DNA of 39,023 bases from Candidatus Micrarchaeota archaeon. Lineage in GTDB: Archaea > Micrarchaeota > Micrarchaeia > Anstonellales > Bilamarchaeaceae. Shown here in pieces: positions 8,209 to 16,450 of the stretch; within the stretch, counting starts at the first letter, position 1, and each line of letters opens with the position of its first letter. Location of the stretch: contig JAHFFJ010000005.1 of NCBI GenBank assembly GCA_023248035.1, forward strand, positions 1 through 39,023. The letters run 5' to 3'. A program made the position numbers and the translations under genes. The notes beneath the pieces were generated by a model. That model saw only the letters and a list, made by a program, of their open reading frames with translations. It was not told the origin of the DNA and did no database searches.

Positions 8209-8421
8209 GCATTTTACAACAATCAATTGACTAACCAATAACCTAACAAATCATACTTGAGCGCAGTGTGGTATTTTTCGGTGGTGGGGTTGTGTATTTT
8301 TTCGGTGGGTTTTGTATTTTTTTTATTTTTTTAGTTGTTCGCGTTAGGAATAGGTCTAGATTTTGTTAGGTAACGGAAATGGATATAATCACAAGCAAAC
8401 AATATGTGCATTGGTGTCAAA

Positions 8422-9444
8422 ATGATCATTGGTTTAACTGGTGAAAACTGCGCAGGAAAAAGCACAGTTGCAGAATACCTCATGAAAAAAGGGTTCTATT
8501 ACTATTCGCTTTCTGATGTTATAAGAGAAGAACTCAAGGCAGATGGAAAAGCAATTAGCCGCGAGAACCTTATTGCAAAGGGTAATGAATTAAGAGGGAA
8601 ACATGGACCAGGAGCACTTGGGGCAAAGATTGGCCAAAAACTCCAGAGTGATAAAAATTACGTCATCGATTCCATAAGAAATCCTGCCGAAGTGGATGAA
8701 CTTAGAAAAAGCGGAAACAACGGGCATGCAGTTTTCCACCTGTTATACATAACTGCACCAAGCGAGGTGCGTTTTGCAAGAATAAGGATTAGGAAGCGTG
8801 AGGAGGATCCGCAAACTTACCAAGCATTTGCCCATATTGAGAAACTAGAGATGGAAAACGTTGATAAGACAAAACAGAATATCAAGGGGACAATAGCCCT
8901 TGCAGAAAAGAAAGTAGTAAATGGTGGGGGATTAAACGAGCTTTATGATAGTGTCGATCGTACGCTTTCTGAACTTTCCGACAAATTTAAATTGGTCAGA
9001 CCAAGCTGGGATGATTATTTCATGCAGATAGCAAAGGTAGTAGCCTCACGAAGCAATTGTATGAAGCGAAAGGTTGCAGCCATAATTGTCAAGGATAAAC
9101 GGATCATTTCAAGCGGTTATAATGGTACGCCACGCGGAACAAAGAACTGCGCTGAAGGTGGGTGCCCAAGATGCAATAATTTCTCGGAAACTGGAAAGAA
9201 CCTTGAAGAATGCCTTTGCAGTCATGGCGAGGAAAACGCCATAGTTCAGGCAAGCTACCACGGTATAGAGATAAAGGACTCAATGATATATACTACATTT
9301 TCACCCTGTCTTCTTTGCACTAAAATGATCATAAATTCTGGATTGAAGGAAGTTGTTTATAACGCAGAATATCCGATGGGTGAAACACCGATGAAATTAC
9401 TTAAGGAAGCAGGAGTAAAAGTAAGGCAACACCAGGTGGATTAA
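8422..9444 (+). CDS. P-loop kinase-like domain fused to dCMP deaminase
   Basis: N-terminal IIGLTGENCAGKST...DSIRNPAEV; C-terminal RPSWDDYFM, SGYNGTP, HGEENA, SPCLLC (zinc deaminase); start at ATG 8422 after GGTG. Confidence 0.92.
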   Translation: MIIGLTGENCAGKSTVAEYLMKKGFYYYSLSDVIREELKADGKAISRENLIAKGNELRGKHGPGALGAKIGQKLQSDKNYVIDSIRNPAEVDELRKSGNNGHAVFHLLYITAPSEVRFARIRIRKREEDPQTYQAFAHIEKLEMENVDKTKQNIKGTIALAEKKVVNGGGLNELYDSVDRTLSELSDKFKLVRPSWDDYFMQIAKVVASRSNCMKRKVAAIIVKDKRIISSGYNGTPRGTKNCAEGGCPRCNNFSETGKNLEECLCSHGEENAIVQASYHGIEIKDSMIYTTFSPCLLCTKMIINSGLKEVVYNAEYPMGETPMKLLKEAGVKVRQHQVD

Positions 9445-10061
9445 GTAGACAAAGTTCCAGGAGAACGAATAGTTTCTGGTTCATCATCTAAACGTGAAGG
9501 TTTGGGTTGAAGTGCAGGAGGAATAACAAAACAACCAAATTCTGAGAGGAAAGAAATATCTCCATAACTGATAATACTTCTTGCAAAAAGTAACTTTGAA
9601 GCAGCTATTAACTTTGAAGGATTGGACGCTTTAATTTGACTAAAACCAACAGGCCATTCAGATTCTGCATCTAAGAAAAGCATTATTGCAGCACTTTCAC
9701 GACGAATAGAGAAGGGTACTTTACCTAAAAGTTCAAACGATTTTACCATTATAGGATCGGAAAAACACTCAAATGGATTTACCTGGACATTTGGTGGAGA
9801 TCTTGGAGAAGGAAGAGTAGGTCTTACTGAAGAGTGAGGACCGCATGTATCATCATTGACCAAACTAGCATCATTGACCAAACTAGCTTGGGTCGGATAA
9901 GGTTGCTCCACGAGGGGGGCTTGTATTTTTTTTGCAAAATATGGCGGGGGGGCAACTAGGGTGGCAGCTGGAGGAGTAGGAAGGCAAGTAAGTGCACCTT
10001 GTGAATGGAACATGCCTCTTAAAGTTCTGTTATCAATACTAGTAGGAGGTCTAGAAGTCAT
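9441..10061 (-). CDS. Pro-rich hypothetical protein
   Basis: Long ORF filling the gap; probable start MTSRPP at 10061; no recognisable motif. Confidence 0.6.
   Translation of the reverse strand: MTSRPPTSIDNRTLRGMFHSQGALTCLPTPPAATLVAPPPYFAKKIQAPLVEQPYPTQASLVNDASLVNDDTCGPHSSVRPTLPSPRSPPNVQVNPFECFSDPIMVKSFELLGKVPFSIRRESAAIMLFLDAESEWPVGFSQIKASNPSKLIAASKLLFARSIISYGDISFLSEFGCFVIPPALQPKPSRLDDEPETIRSPGTLST
9851..9886. repeat. Perfect 18-bp tandem duplication (encodes ASLVND twice)
   Basis: CATCATTGACCAAACTAG at 9851-9868 and 9869-9886. Confidence 0.9.
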
Positions 10062-10175
10062 GACTAATTCTAACAGTCTGTAAATAAAAGCTTTGTGGTT
10101 GTTAAGGGAAAAACGCGTTCTTTTTAAATATATCAATTAAGAGAAGTTAAAAAGAGCGAGAGTCATAGTATATAC

Positions 10176-10246
10176 GGCAACGATGAGAACACCGTCCCAG
10201 TCGGTAGCCATAAGGCGATGACGAGAAGAGTAGCTATTGAGTTGCC
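10176..10246 (+). ncRNA. C/D-box guide sRNA; predicted 23S targets G2251 and U2438 (E. coli numbering)
   Basis: Terminal stem GGCAAC/GTTGCC; box C-like ACGATGA 10180-86; guide ACCGTCCCAGT complementary to the 23S P-loop ACUGGGGCGGU; degenerate D' CGGT; C' ATGACGA 10218-24; guide AGAGTAGCT; D-like TTGA 10237-40; TTAAAAAG upstream. Confidence 0.75.
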
Positions 10247-10336
10247 ATTTTACAGTAGAAAAATTACAGCAAAAAAGGGCAAAAAAACAATTTATATTCT
10301 TTCCCGCCCTATTTTGATGGTAGGGAGGTAAATAGT

Positions 10337-11080
10337 ATGAAACTTATTATTCAGGATGCTCCAGCCCTTAAATCGGCAATAGACTCGATAGTTTGTCTGG
10401 TAGAAGAAGGGCAGTTTGAGGTAAAGGCAGATGGACTTCACCTTAAGGCTATGGATCCATCGCAAATTTCGATGGTGTCTTTTACCATGCCCAAGGAAGC
10501 CTTTGTTGAATACAATTTACCAGAAGAGATGAAGATAGGGGTGGATATAGGGCAACTTGCAAATGTACTTGCCAGAGGTAAAAAAGGAGAAAAAGCCGAG
10601 CTTTCAGTCGAAGAAGGAAGGCTGGTAGTAAAGTTTTATGGTGACAAGCACAAAAGGACATTCAAGGTCCCACTTATAGAAACTGGCGATCGAGTGCAGC
10701 GGGAACCGAAGATAGATTTCACTAACATGGCAAAGATAAGAGCGGATGCAATAAAAGAAGCCCTTAAGGATGCGAAACTAATCAGTTCACATATAAAGCT
10801 CCATTTTACACCGCAGCAATTCATAGTAGAGGTACGCGGCGAAAATGGAGATGTGAAAGCAGAATTCGACATAGGAAGCGCCGAATTGATAGAGCTCAAA
10901 ACCCAAACCCCGGCAAAAGCAACCTTCCCCCTTCAATATCTTGAGGATATGGTTAAGGCAACTTCAGTATCATCGGTGGTAACTGTAAATCTAGAAACCG
11001 ATCGACCACTTAGGATAGAATACGACATAGAAGGAGCAAAAGTTGTATACTATCTTGCACCAAGGATAGAGACCGATTGA
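10337..11080 (+). CDS. pcn: DNA polymerase sliding clamp PCNA
   Basis: KAMDPSQISMV, FPLQYL, PLRIEY, YYLAPRIE; 247 aa; SD GGAGGT. Confidence 0.97.
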   Translation: MKLIIQDAPALKSAIDSIVCLVEEGQFEVKADGLHLKAMDPSQISMVSFTMPKEAFVEYNLPEEMKIGVDIGQLANVLARGKKGEKAELSVEEGRLVVKFYGDKHKRTFKVPLIETGDRVQREPKIDFTNMAKIRADAIKEALKDAKLISSHIKLHFTPQQFIVEVRGENGDVKAEFDIGSAELIELKTQTPAKATFPLQYLEDMVKATSVSSVVTVNLETDRPLRIEYDIEGAKVVYYLAPRIETD

Positions 11081-11109
11081 ACAAAATAATTTTGTTCAAA
11101 AAAAGTACG

Positions 11110-11131
11110 AATCTACTCGGTAGGGTAGATT
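11110..11131 (+). terminator. Possible terminator hairpin after pcn
   Basis: AATCTACTC-GGTA-GGGTAGATT followed by T-rich sequence. Confidence 0.3.
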
Positions 11132-11166
11132 TATCATTTTGTAATTCATATTTTTGTATGATAAAC

Positions 11167-12006
11167 ATGAAACTAGTTTTGATGCGCAGGAGAACAATAT
11201 CAGACGAATCTTTAACTGAAACTAGAGCAGCTCAGATAGCAAATAATGGATCCTTGAGAGAGGTAGTTAGAACACTAACAGAAAATAAACAATCTGGCGG
11301 ATATAGGGATACCCCTCACTTTACCCTAGAAGTTCAGGATAGATTAGCAGAAAGATTTGTTGGTTTGGTAGATAAAGGATCAAGAACTAGGAATGCATAT
11401 GCGGCTATCTCTTTAGGATTAACGTTGATGGTTGGAATTGGTTATTACATAAGGGGAACCACGGAAGAACGAGAGACACGAACAGAACCAACACACCAAT
11501 ACAATCCACCAACACCATGGACTTCAGAAACTTTATTATCCTGTACAATAACTATGAAACCATGCAAAAAACTAACACTAGTACTACCCCCAGGGTTAGT
11601 ATCGGAAAGAGGGGAAGATCAAATTGGGGAGGGAATAGATCTGACTTATTGTTCGGCTTTAGATAAGTGGGAAGGACCGATAGAACCAACCGTTATTACA
11701 CCAAAAACAAACCTAACTCCGTTGTGGAAATTTTTGGGCTATGCCGGAGTAGGTGGTTTAGTTTTTCTAATTGGTACTGTACTTAGAGCAAGAAGACAGA
11801 AAGACGAGGATGAACAGCTTGCTAGAACAGCTCAGGGGATTCTTGGAAGCGGAACATTAACCTCAACAGAAGCAATCCAAAATCTTAGGGTTTTTGTAGG
11901 CCAGAGAATTCCTGGAAGTGGAACTGAGTTAGAGCAATATACCCGGGAAGAAGAAGCAGAAGACACTTCGGGAGATAAACCAAGGGTATTCATCAGAAAT
12001 ATCTAA
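11167..12006 (+). CDS. Hypothetical membrane protein (two TM segments); start uncertain
   Basis: Hydrophobic segments AAISLGLTLMVGIGYYI and FLGYAGVGGLVFLIGTVL. The track's TTG start overlaps the pcn stop, so a downstream ATG was chosen. Confidence 0.65.
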   Translation: MKLVLMRRRTISDESLTETRAAQIANNGSLREVVRTLTENKQSGGYRDTPHFTLEVQDRLAERFVGLVDKGSRTRNAYAAISLGLTLMVGIGYYIRGTTEERETRTEPTHQYNPPTPWTSETLLSCTITMKPCKKLTLVLPPGLVSERGEDQIGEGIDLTYCSALDKWEGPIEPTVITPKTNLTPLWKFLGYAGVGGLVFLIGTVLRARRQKDEDEQLARTAQGILGSGTLTSTEAIQNLRVFVGQRIPGSGTELEQYTREEEAEDTSGDKPRVFIRNI

Positions 12007-12104
12007 TATCAATACATCTAGTATTAATACGTCAAAAAGCGTAGTGATACACAGGTTTAAATAGGATGGGTGGCATAAAATATATAATCGTAGGTGGAAT
12101 GAAA

Positions 12105-12980
12105 ATGAAGAAAACTGAATATTATTTCGCCCAGGAGACAGAGGATAAGCTTCAGGCTATAGATGCAGGAAAAATGGATGATTACGATTTGCCTGAATTC
12201 TCTAAAGAAGTGCCTCTTTCTTCAAGGAAAAACGAAAATGTAGATACAATTACTGTTGAATACGACTGGAAAGGCTCGAAAAGCGAGAGTATAAGGGTAA
12301 AAAGAATAGATTTCCGTAAAGGTGAGGAATTTTCAGAGCTTTATCGAGTGGCGGCACGTGATGGAGCCGACAGTATAACGTTCAAATACAACAATGTTAC
12401 TTACATAATGCGTAAGACATTACGCGAAGTTGCCCAGTCTTTATACAAGGCTTATTCAAAAATAAAAGATGGACTAGAAAACATAGTAGCTTATATCAGA
12501 ACTGCTCTTGGAAACGATTATATTATTTCCAAAGTGGAACAAGAATCTTGGGCATTTGATAGGCGGATAGCCAAAAAAGGGATAAATTACATTGATGTTG
12601 ATGATCTCCCAGCAAAAAACAAGAGCACCCTTTGTGAGTCAATAATTGAACGGGTAGCTGATCTCCATACAAACAGCCTTATTATAGGTCGATTTACATT
12701 AAACAACATCTTAATTGGTCAAAATAGTATCAAACTTACCGACCTTAGGAAGTTAAGGGTGACAAGACGAAAATCTTTCCTCATTGACGAACTTAAGAGC
12801 ATTCTCCAATACCTTTTTGCAATAGGAGTTGCAACAAGAGAAGATGTTTATTACGCTGCAGCTTATTATGCAACACATAACGAGGAGAACTGTAAAGAAT
12901 GGTACTACAGCCAGACAAGGAAGAAGGCAACCGACCAGATGGATGTAGTAAACCGAATCGAGCAGGCAGTTTACAACTAA
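12105..12980 (+). CDS. Hypothetical protein with a degenerate kinase-like C-terminal lobe
   Basis: RVADLHTNSLIIGRFTLNNILI...IKLTDL resembles LHxxxxxHGDLxxxNIL...LID but lacks the catalytic HxD; SD AGGTG upstream of 12105. Confidence 0.7.
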   Translation: MKKTEYYFAQETEDKLQAIDAGKMDDYDLPEFSKEVPLSSRKNENVDTITVEYDWKGSKSESIRVKRIDFRKGEEFSELYRVAARDGADSITFKYNNVTYIMRKTLREVAQSLYKAYSKIKDGLENIVAYIRTALGNDYIISKVEQESWAFDRRIAKKGINYIDVDDLPAKNKSTLCESIIERVADLHTNSLIIGRFTLNNILIGQNSIKLTDLRKLRVTRRKSFLIDELKSILQYLFAIGVATREDVYYAAAYYATHNEENCKEWYYSQTRKKATDQMDVVNRIEQAVYN

Positions 12981-13018
12981 AACACATCTTTTTAAGATAA
13001 ACCACACAATATTTACTT

Positions 13019-13681
13019 ATGACTCAAGCCCAGATACATAGGCCAACCGAAACAAAAAAAACTTTCAGAGCAAGGCTTTTAGATGACCTAACACCAGAAG
13101 GAGTTAGAATTTACACTAATTATAGAAAAACATTAGCAAATGGAGCTGATATTACAGAAGCTAGAGAAGAAGCACGAAAACGGGTGCGAACCTATGTAGG
13201 TTCGGTTTTTGCTGCAGCTGGAGTATATCGGTTAACAGCAACTTTTTATGGAGTAGGTGCTTGGGATACCGGATTACAATTTTCTGCACAGGAAACCTGG
13301 ATGAAGGATGCAAGTCCGCTTGCTGTTTCGGTAGTAACTACAGTTAGTAGTGCAATGACTCCAAATACCAAAAGCATTTTGGCACAGATTGTGATTCCAA
13401 TTGAAATTGCACTGTCATTAGTTCGAATTTATGTTGAGCAACGAATTTGGAGGAAAATGAAAATTACGCCAAATCCACAAGGCACATTACTTACACCATA
13501 TGTTGATGGAGTAATCGAGATGGGATATAAGGCTATTGTTAAATATCCTGAAAATGATGAGCAACGCCTTAATGTAGGGCTAATTGGCATTTATGGAAAT
13601 TTAATAAGATTAGCAAACGATGCACTTCTTTACTTCATAGGGAAGAAGTTAAACTTGGATAAGGAATCGGTGCGGGATTAG
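13019..13681 (+). CDS. Hypothetical protein
   Basis: 220-aa ORF; TTTTAAG about 25 nt upstream; no recognisable motif. Confidence 0.65.
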   Translation: MTQAQIHRPTETKKTFRARLLDDLTPEGVRIYTNYRKTLANGADITEAREEARKRVRTYVGSVFAAAGVYRLTATFYGVGAWDTGLQFSAQETWMKDASPLAVSVVTTVSSAMTPNTKSILAQIVIPIEIALSLVRIYVEQRIWRKMKITPNPQGTLLTPYVDGVIEMGYKAIVKYPENDEQRLNVGLIGIYGNLIRLANDALLYFIGKKLNLDKESVRD

Positions 13682-15978
13682 ATTACTTCCACCGTACTTG
13701 AACCTCCATTATTCTTTTCCCGATTTATTCTATAGCTTGATGCAAAATCACTGCCCATAAAAGCTTCATCATGAGTTATAACAAAGACTTGTTTTACTAC
13801 TTCTGGAACCCTAAATTGCAAGGCGTGTGAAAGGAGTTCAACAGCTTGTGAATCGAGGTTATGAGTTGGTTCATCCAGAATAAGCCAGCTTAGTTTGGGA
13901 GTAAGAACCATGGCAAGAGCCATCCTAAGGGCAAGAGCGGCGCTTGCTCTTTCCCCACCGCTCGCTATACTATCAAGTGCTTTCCAATTACCTCCATCAT
14001 TAACTTCGAAAACGTAATCACGTTCACTTACAGCAAGTCTAAGGCCATGATAATTTTTGTATGGATAGACTATAGACCAGATTTCATTCATAGTACCATT
14101 TATTGCCTCGATTAAGGTGGAACGTAGGGAGGTTTGTGTCTCTAGTAGTGCAAGTTTATAGATTGCCAATTGCTCAATAAGAAGGGATAGTTGAGCAATT
14201 TGGGAAGAGAGTAAGTTGATGGAAGAAAGTTCGGTTTGGATCATCTTTAACATGTCCAAAGAGAAGGAATGCTTGGTTTCTGCTGCTTTTTGTAAAGAGA
14301 GGTTTTTTTCTTTTTCCAAGCCCAATTTTTCCATAGAAACCCTAAACTCTTCAAATTGAACAGGATTAAAATTTGTTGATTGAAGCTTGGATTTTGTTGT
14401 AGAAAGATTCTTAGTAACGTCTTCAAGTTCTTTTTTCTTTTCTATGAGAGATTTTAACAGGGTGGATTCTATCTGGATTTTTTCAATTTCCTTATTTAAG
14501 AGTTCGAGTTTCTTTTCAATTGATGATTTTTGCTCTTTTAGTAAGCTAAGGGCTTTTTCAGTAGATTCTTTCTTTACAATTAGCGGTGTTGATAGTAGTA
14601 TTTCAGATGAAATAGAAGGAATTTGTGCCAAAAGTAAAGAGATTTTAATTAGCCTGCCCTTTAAGCCATCAATTTCTTTTCTTAGGGCTGGAACAACAGA
14701 GATGATTTCAGCTACACGAACTTTCTTTGCTGCACTCAGACGATCTTTTTCAGCTTTTATATGTATTAATGATGATGGGGTTATTGAAGCTGAACAAAGC
14801 GGGCACTCTGAAACATCAGATTTTAGTTTGGAAACGATATCCACAATTTCTATAATTTCCCGCTCTAATGATTTCTTTTCTGATTCCAACGAGAGGAGTT
14901 GTTGTTCCTTAGCAGTTTGTAAATTTGAAAGAGATTCATTTGTATCAGAACCTCGTTCTTTCTTTAAATTTTCCTCCATAGTTTGAAGCCTTGCTTTACT
15001 ATCAGAAAGGGATTTGATTTTCGCTTCTATCATACCTGATTCCTTAGATAGTACGGAAAAATTTACCTCTATTGATTTCATTTCAACCTGACAGGCTGAG
15101 CGTTGTGAATTAAGATCTAGACTTTTAGAGTGAAGTATGTTATGGGTATTTTCATCAATTTGATTGTTTAAATCCTTAGAAAGTGAATCATACCTTGCAG
15201 ATAGGCGAATTGTTTCCTTTTCAAGTAAATCAAAACGCTCTTTTTCTGCCTTCATAGCAGAATAGGATGCTACCAAGCGGGCATAATCCTCAGAAAGTTT
15301 TTGATGAGATTGTTTTAGGGTGATTAGGTCAGTTTCTGAAGCCTTAAGAGCAGTAGAGTGTATTTTTTCTTTTTCTTCCAGCTCTTTTGTTTTTTCTATG
15401 TTTATACCAGATGATAGGGTTTCTTTTTTGGAATTAAATTTGTTTATAACGGCAGTTACATTTGTTCTGGCAAGCTCGAACTTATCAAGTCCTAAAAGAG
15501 TATCAACTTCCTCTTTTCTGCGTTTTGGATCGAGATTTAGGAAATGCTCAATATTGTTTTGTTCAGAGTAAATTGCGCGCGTAAAAAGATCGTAATCGAT
15601 ACCTAATAGCAACTGGATATAGGAATTTACTGCAACTGGACCGTTTTCAACAAGCGAATTATCACGGAAAATTTCTGCTTGGGAAGATGTTCCCTTTTTA
15701 CGCTCGATTGTACGTTCAATCCGATAGTTATGATTGTCGCATTCAAATTCCAGGACGATTTTTACACTTGATTCATTAAGACGAAAGACGTTGTCAAGTT
15801 TGACTTTTCTTCTTTCTAATGCAGGAAACGTACCAAAAAGAGCGAAACTTATCGCTTCAAGTATGCTCGATTTTCCTGCACCCATTATGCCCACAAGTAG
15901 GTTGGTGCCCTTACGGAATTCAAGGAAGCTATCAGCATGAGAACGCCAATTAACTAGGCGAATGGATTTTATCATCAT
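13678..15978 (-). CDS. rad50: Rad50/SbcC SMC-family ATPase
   Basis: NWRSH, Walker A GIMGAGKSS, Q-loop YSEQ, coiled coils with central zinc hook CPLC, signature ASGGE, Walker B ILDEPT, H-loop ITHD. Confidence 0.93.
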   Translation of the reverse strand: MMIKSIRLVNWRSHADSFLEFRKGTNLLVGIMGAGKSSILEAISFALFGTFPALERRKVKLDNVFRLNESSVKIVLEFECDNHNYRIERTIERKKGTSSQAEIFRDNSLVENGPVAVNSYIQLLLGIDYDLFTRAIYSEQNNIEHFLNLDPKRRKEEVDTLLGLDKFELARTNVTAVINKFNSKKETLSSGINIEKTKELEEKEKIHSTALKASETDLITLKQSHQKLSEDYARLVASYSAMKAEKERFDLLEKETIRLSARYDSLSKDLNNQIDENTHNILHSKSLDLNSQRSACQVEMKSIEVNFSVLSKESGMIEAKIKSLSDSKARLQTMEENLKKERGSDTNESLSNLQTAKEQQLLSLESEKKSLEREIIEIVDIVSKLKSDVSECPLCSASITPSSLIHIKAEKDRLSAAKKVRVAEIISVVPALRKEIDGLKGRLIKISLLLAQIPSISSEILLSTPLIVKKESTEKALSLLKEQKSSIEKKLELLNKEIEKIQIESTLLKSLIEKKKELEDVTKNLSTTKSKLQSTNFNPVQFEEFRVSMEKLGLEKEKNLSLQKAAETKHSFSLDMLKMIQTELSSINLLSSQIAQLSLLIEQLAIYKLALLETQTSLRSTLIEAINGTMNEIWSIVYPYKNYHGLRLAVSERDYVFEVNDGGNWKALDSIASGGERASAALALRMALAMVLTPKLSWLILDEPTHNLDSQAVELLSHALQFRVPEVVKQVFVITHDEAFMGSDFASSYRINREKNNGGSSTVEVI

Positions 15979-16047
15979 TCGTTTGATGGGCAGAAGAGAA
16001 TAAAACCCGAAGGGGCGCGATTTTATACCTTGGCTGCGATTATTTGA

Positions 16048-16173
16048 GTGATGATGACCAAGGTGATCACTGAGTCACGCCCTAAGCTTGTGCCCTTCTA
16101 GTTTGTCAAAATTAGTTGGGCCAGGGGAAACCCGGCCACGGTTAATGACGATGACGATTGACGTGCGGTCTGA
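16048..16173 (+). ncRNA. Long C/D-box guide sRNA; predicted 16S targets C1402 and the 3'-terminal GAUCACCU region
   Basis: Box C ATGATGA 16051-57; 12-nt guide CCAAGGTGATCA; D' CTGA 16070-73; 77-nt structured insert; C' ATGACGA 16151-57; 12-nt guide TTGACGTGCGGT; D CTGA 16170-73; TATA-like TTTTATAC at 16021-28. Confidence 0.82.
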
Positions 16174-16246
16174 CCAACTTTTTTAGGAAAAAAGTTGGAC
16201 AAAAAACTAACTGTAATTTTAGGAAAAAGGTTTGACCAAAAACTAG
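16174..16246 (+). repeat. REP-like hairpin copy plus a degenerate second copy abutting the sRNA D box
   Basis: CCAACTTTTTT-AGG-AAAAAAGTTGG (16174-98) with tail ACAAAAAACT; partial copy TTTTAGGAAAAAGGTTTGACCAAAAACTAG at 16217-46. Confidence 0.8.
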
Positions 16247-16339
16247 GTATAAAAGGTCATGCAAAAGTTCAGTTAAAACTCCGAAGCAAAATGCACCTTA
16301 TGAATACTCTTCAGGTGCATAAATGAGCGTACGATCTAA

Positions 16340-16439
16340 ATATCGGATAGGTAGGAATTATAAATATCCGATATATATGAAAAAATATTAAAGACAGAAG
16401 GAGGATATCGGATACATAACATTATAAGCTATCCGATAT
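16340..16439. promoter_or_regulatory. Duplicated inverted-repeat operator, each copy bracketing a TATA-like box, upstream of the Fic-HTH gene
   Basis: ATATCGGATA-N15-TATCCGATAT at 16340-16374 and 16405-16439; both spacers contain ATTATAA. Confidence 0.75.
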
Positions 16440-16450
16440 ATGATATATTT

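Noticed and set aside
14387-14986. 199-aa Ser/Phe-rich plus-strand ORF
   Set aside because: Antisense to the Lys/Glu-rich rad50 coiled coil; typical shadow ORF.
16027-16064. ACCTTGG/CCAAGGT pairing and a longer GGGGCG/CGCCCT stem suggesting SRP RNA or RNase P RNA
   Set aside because: No SRP helix-8 or RNase P signature; the 5' arms lie on or upstream of the predicted TATA box, and the C/D box model explains the region better.
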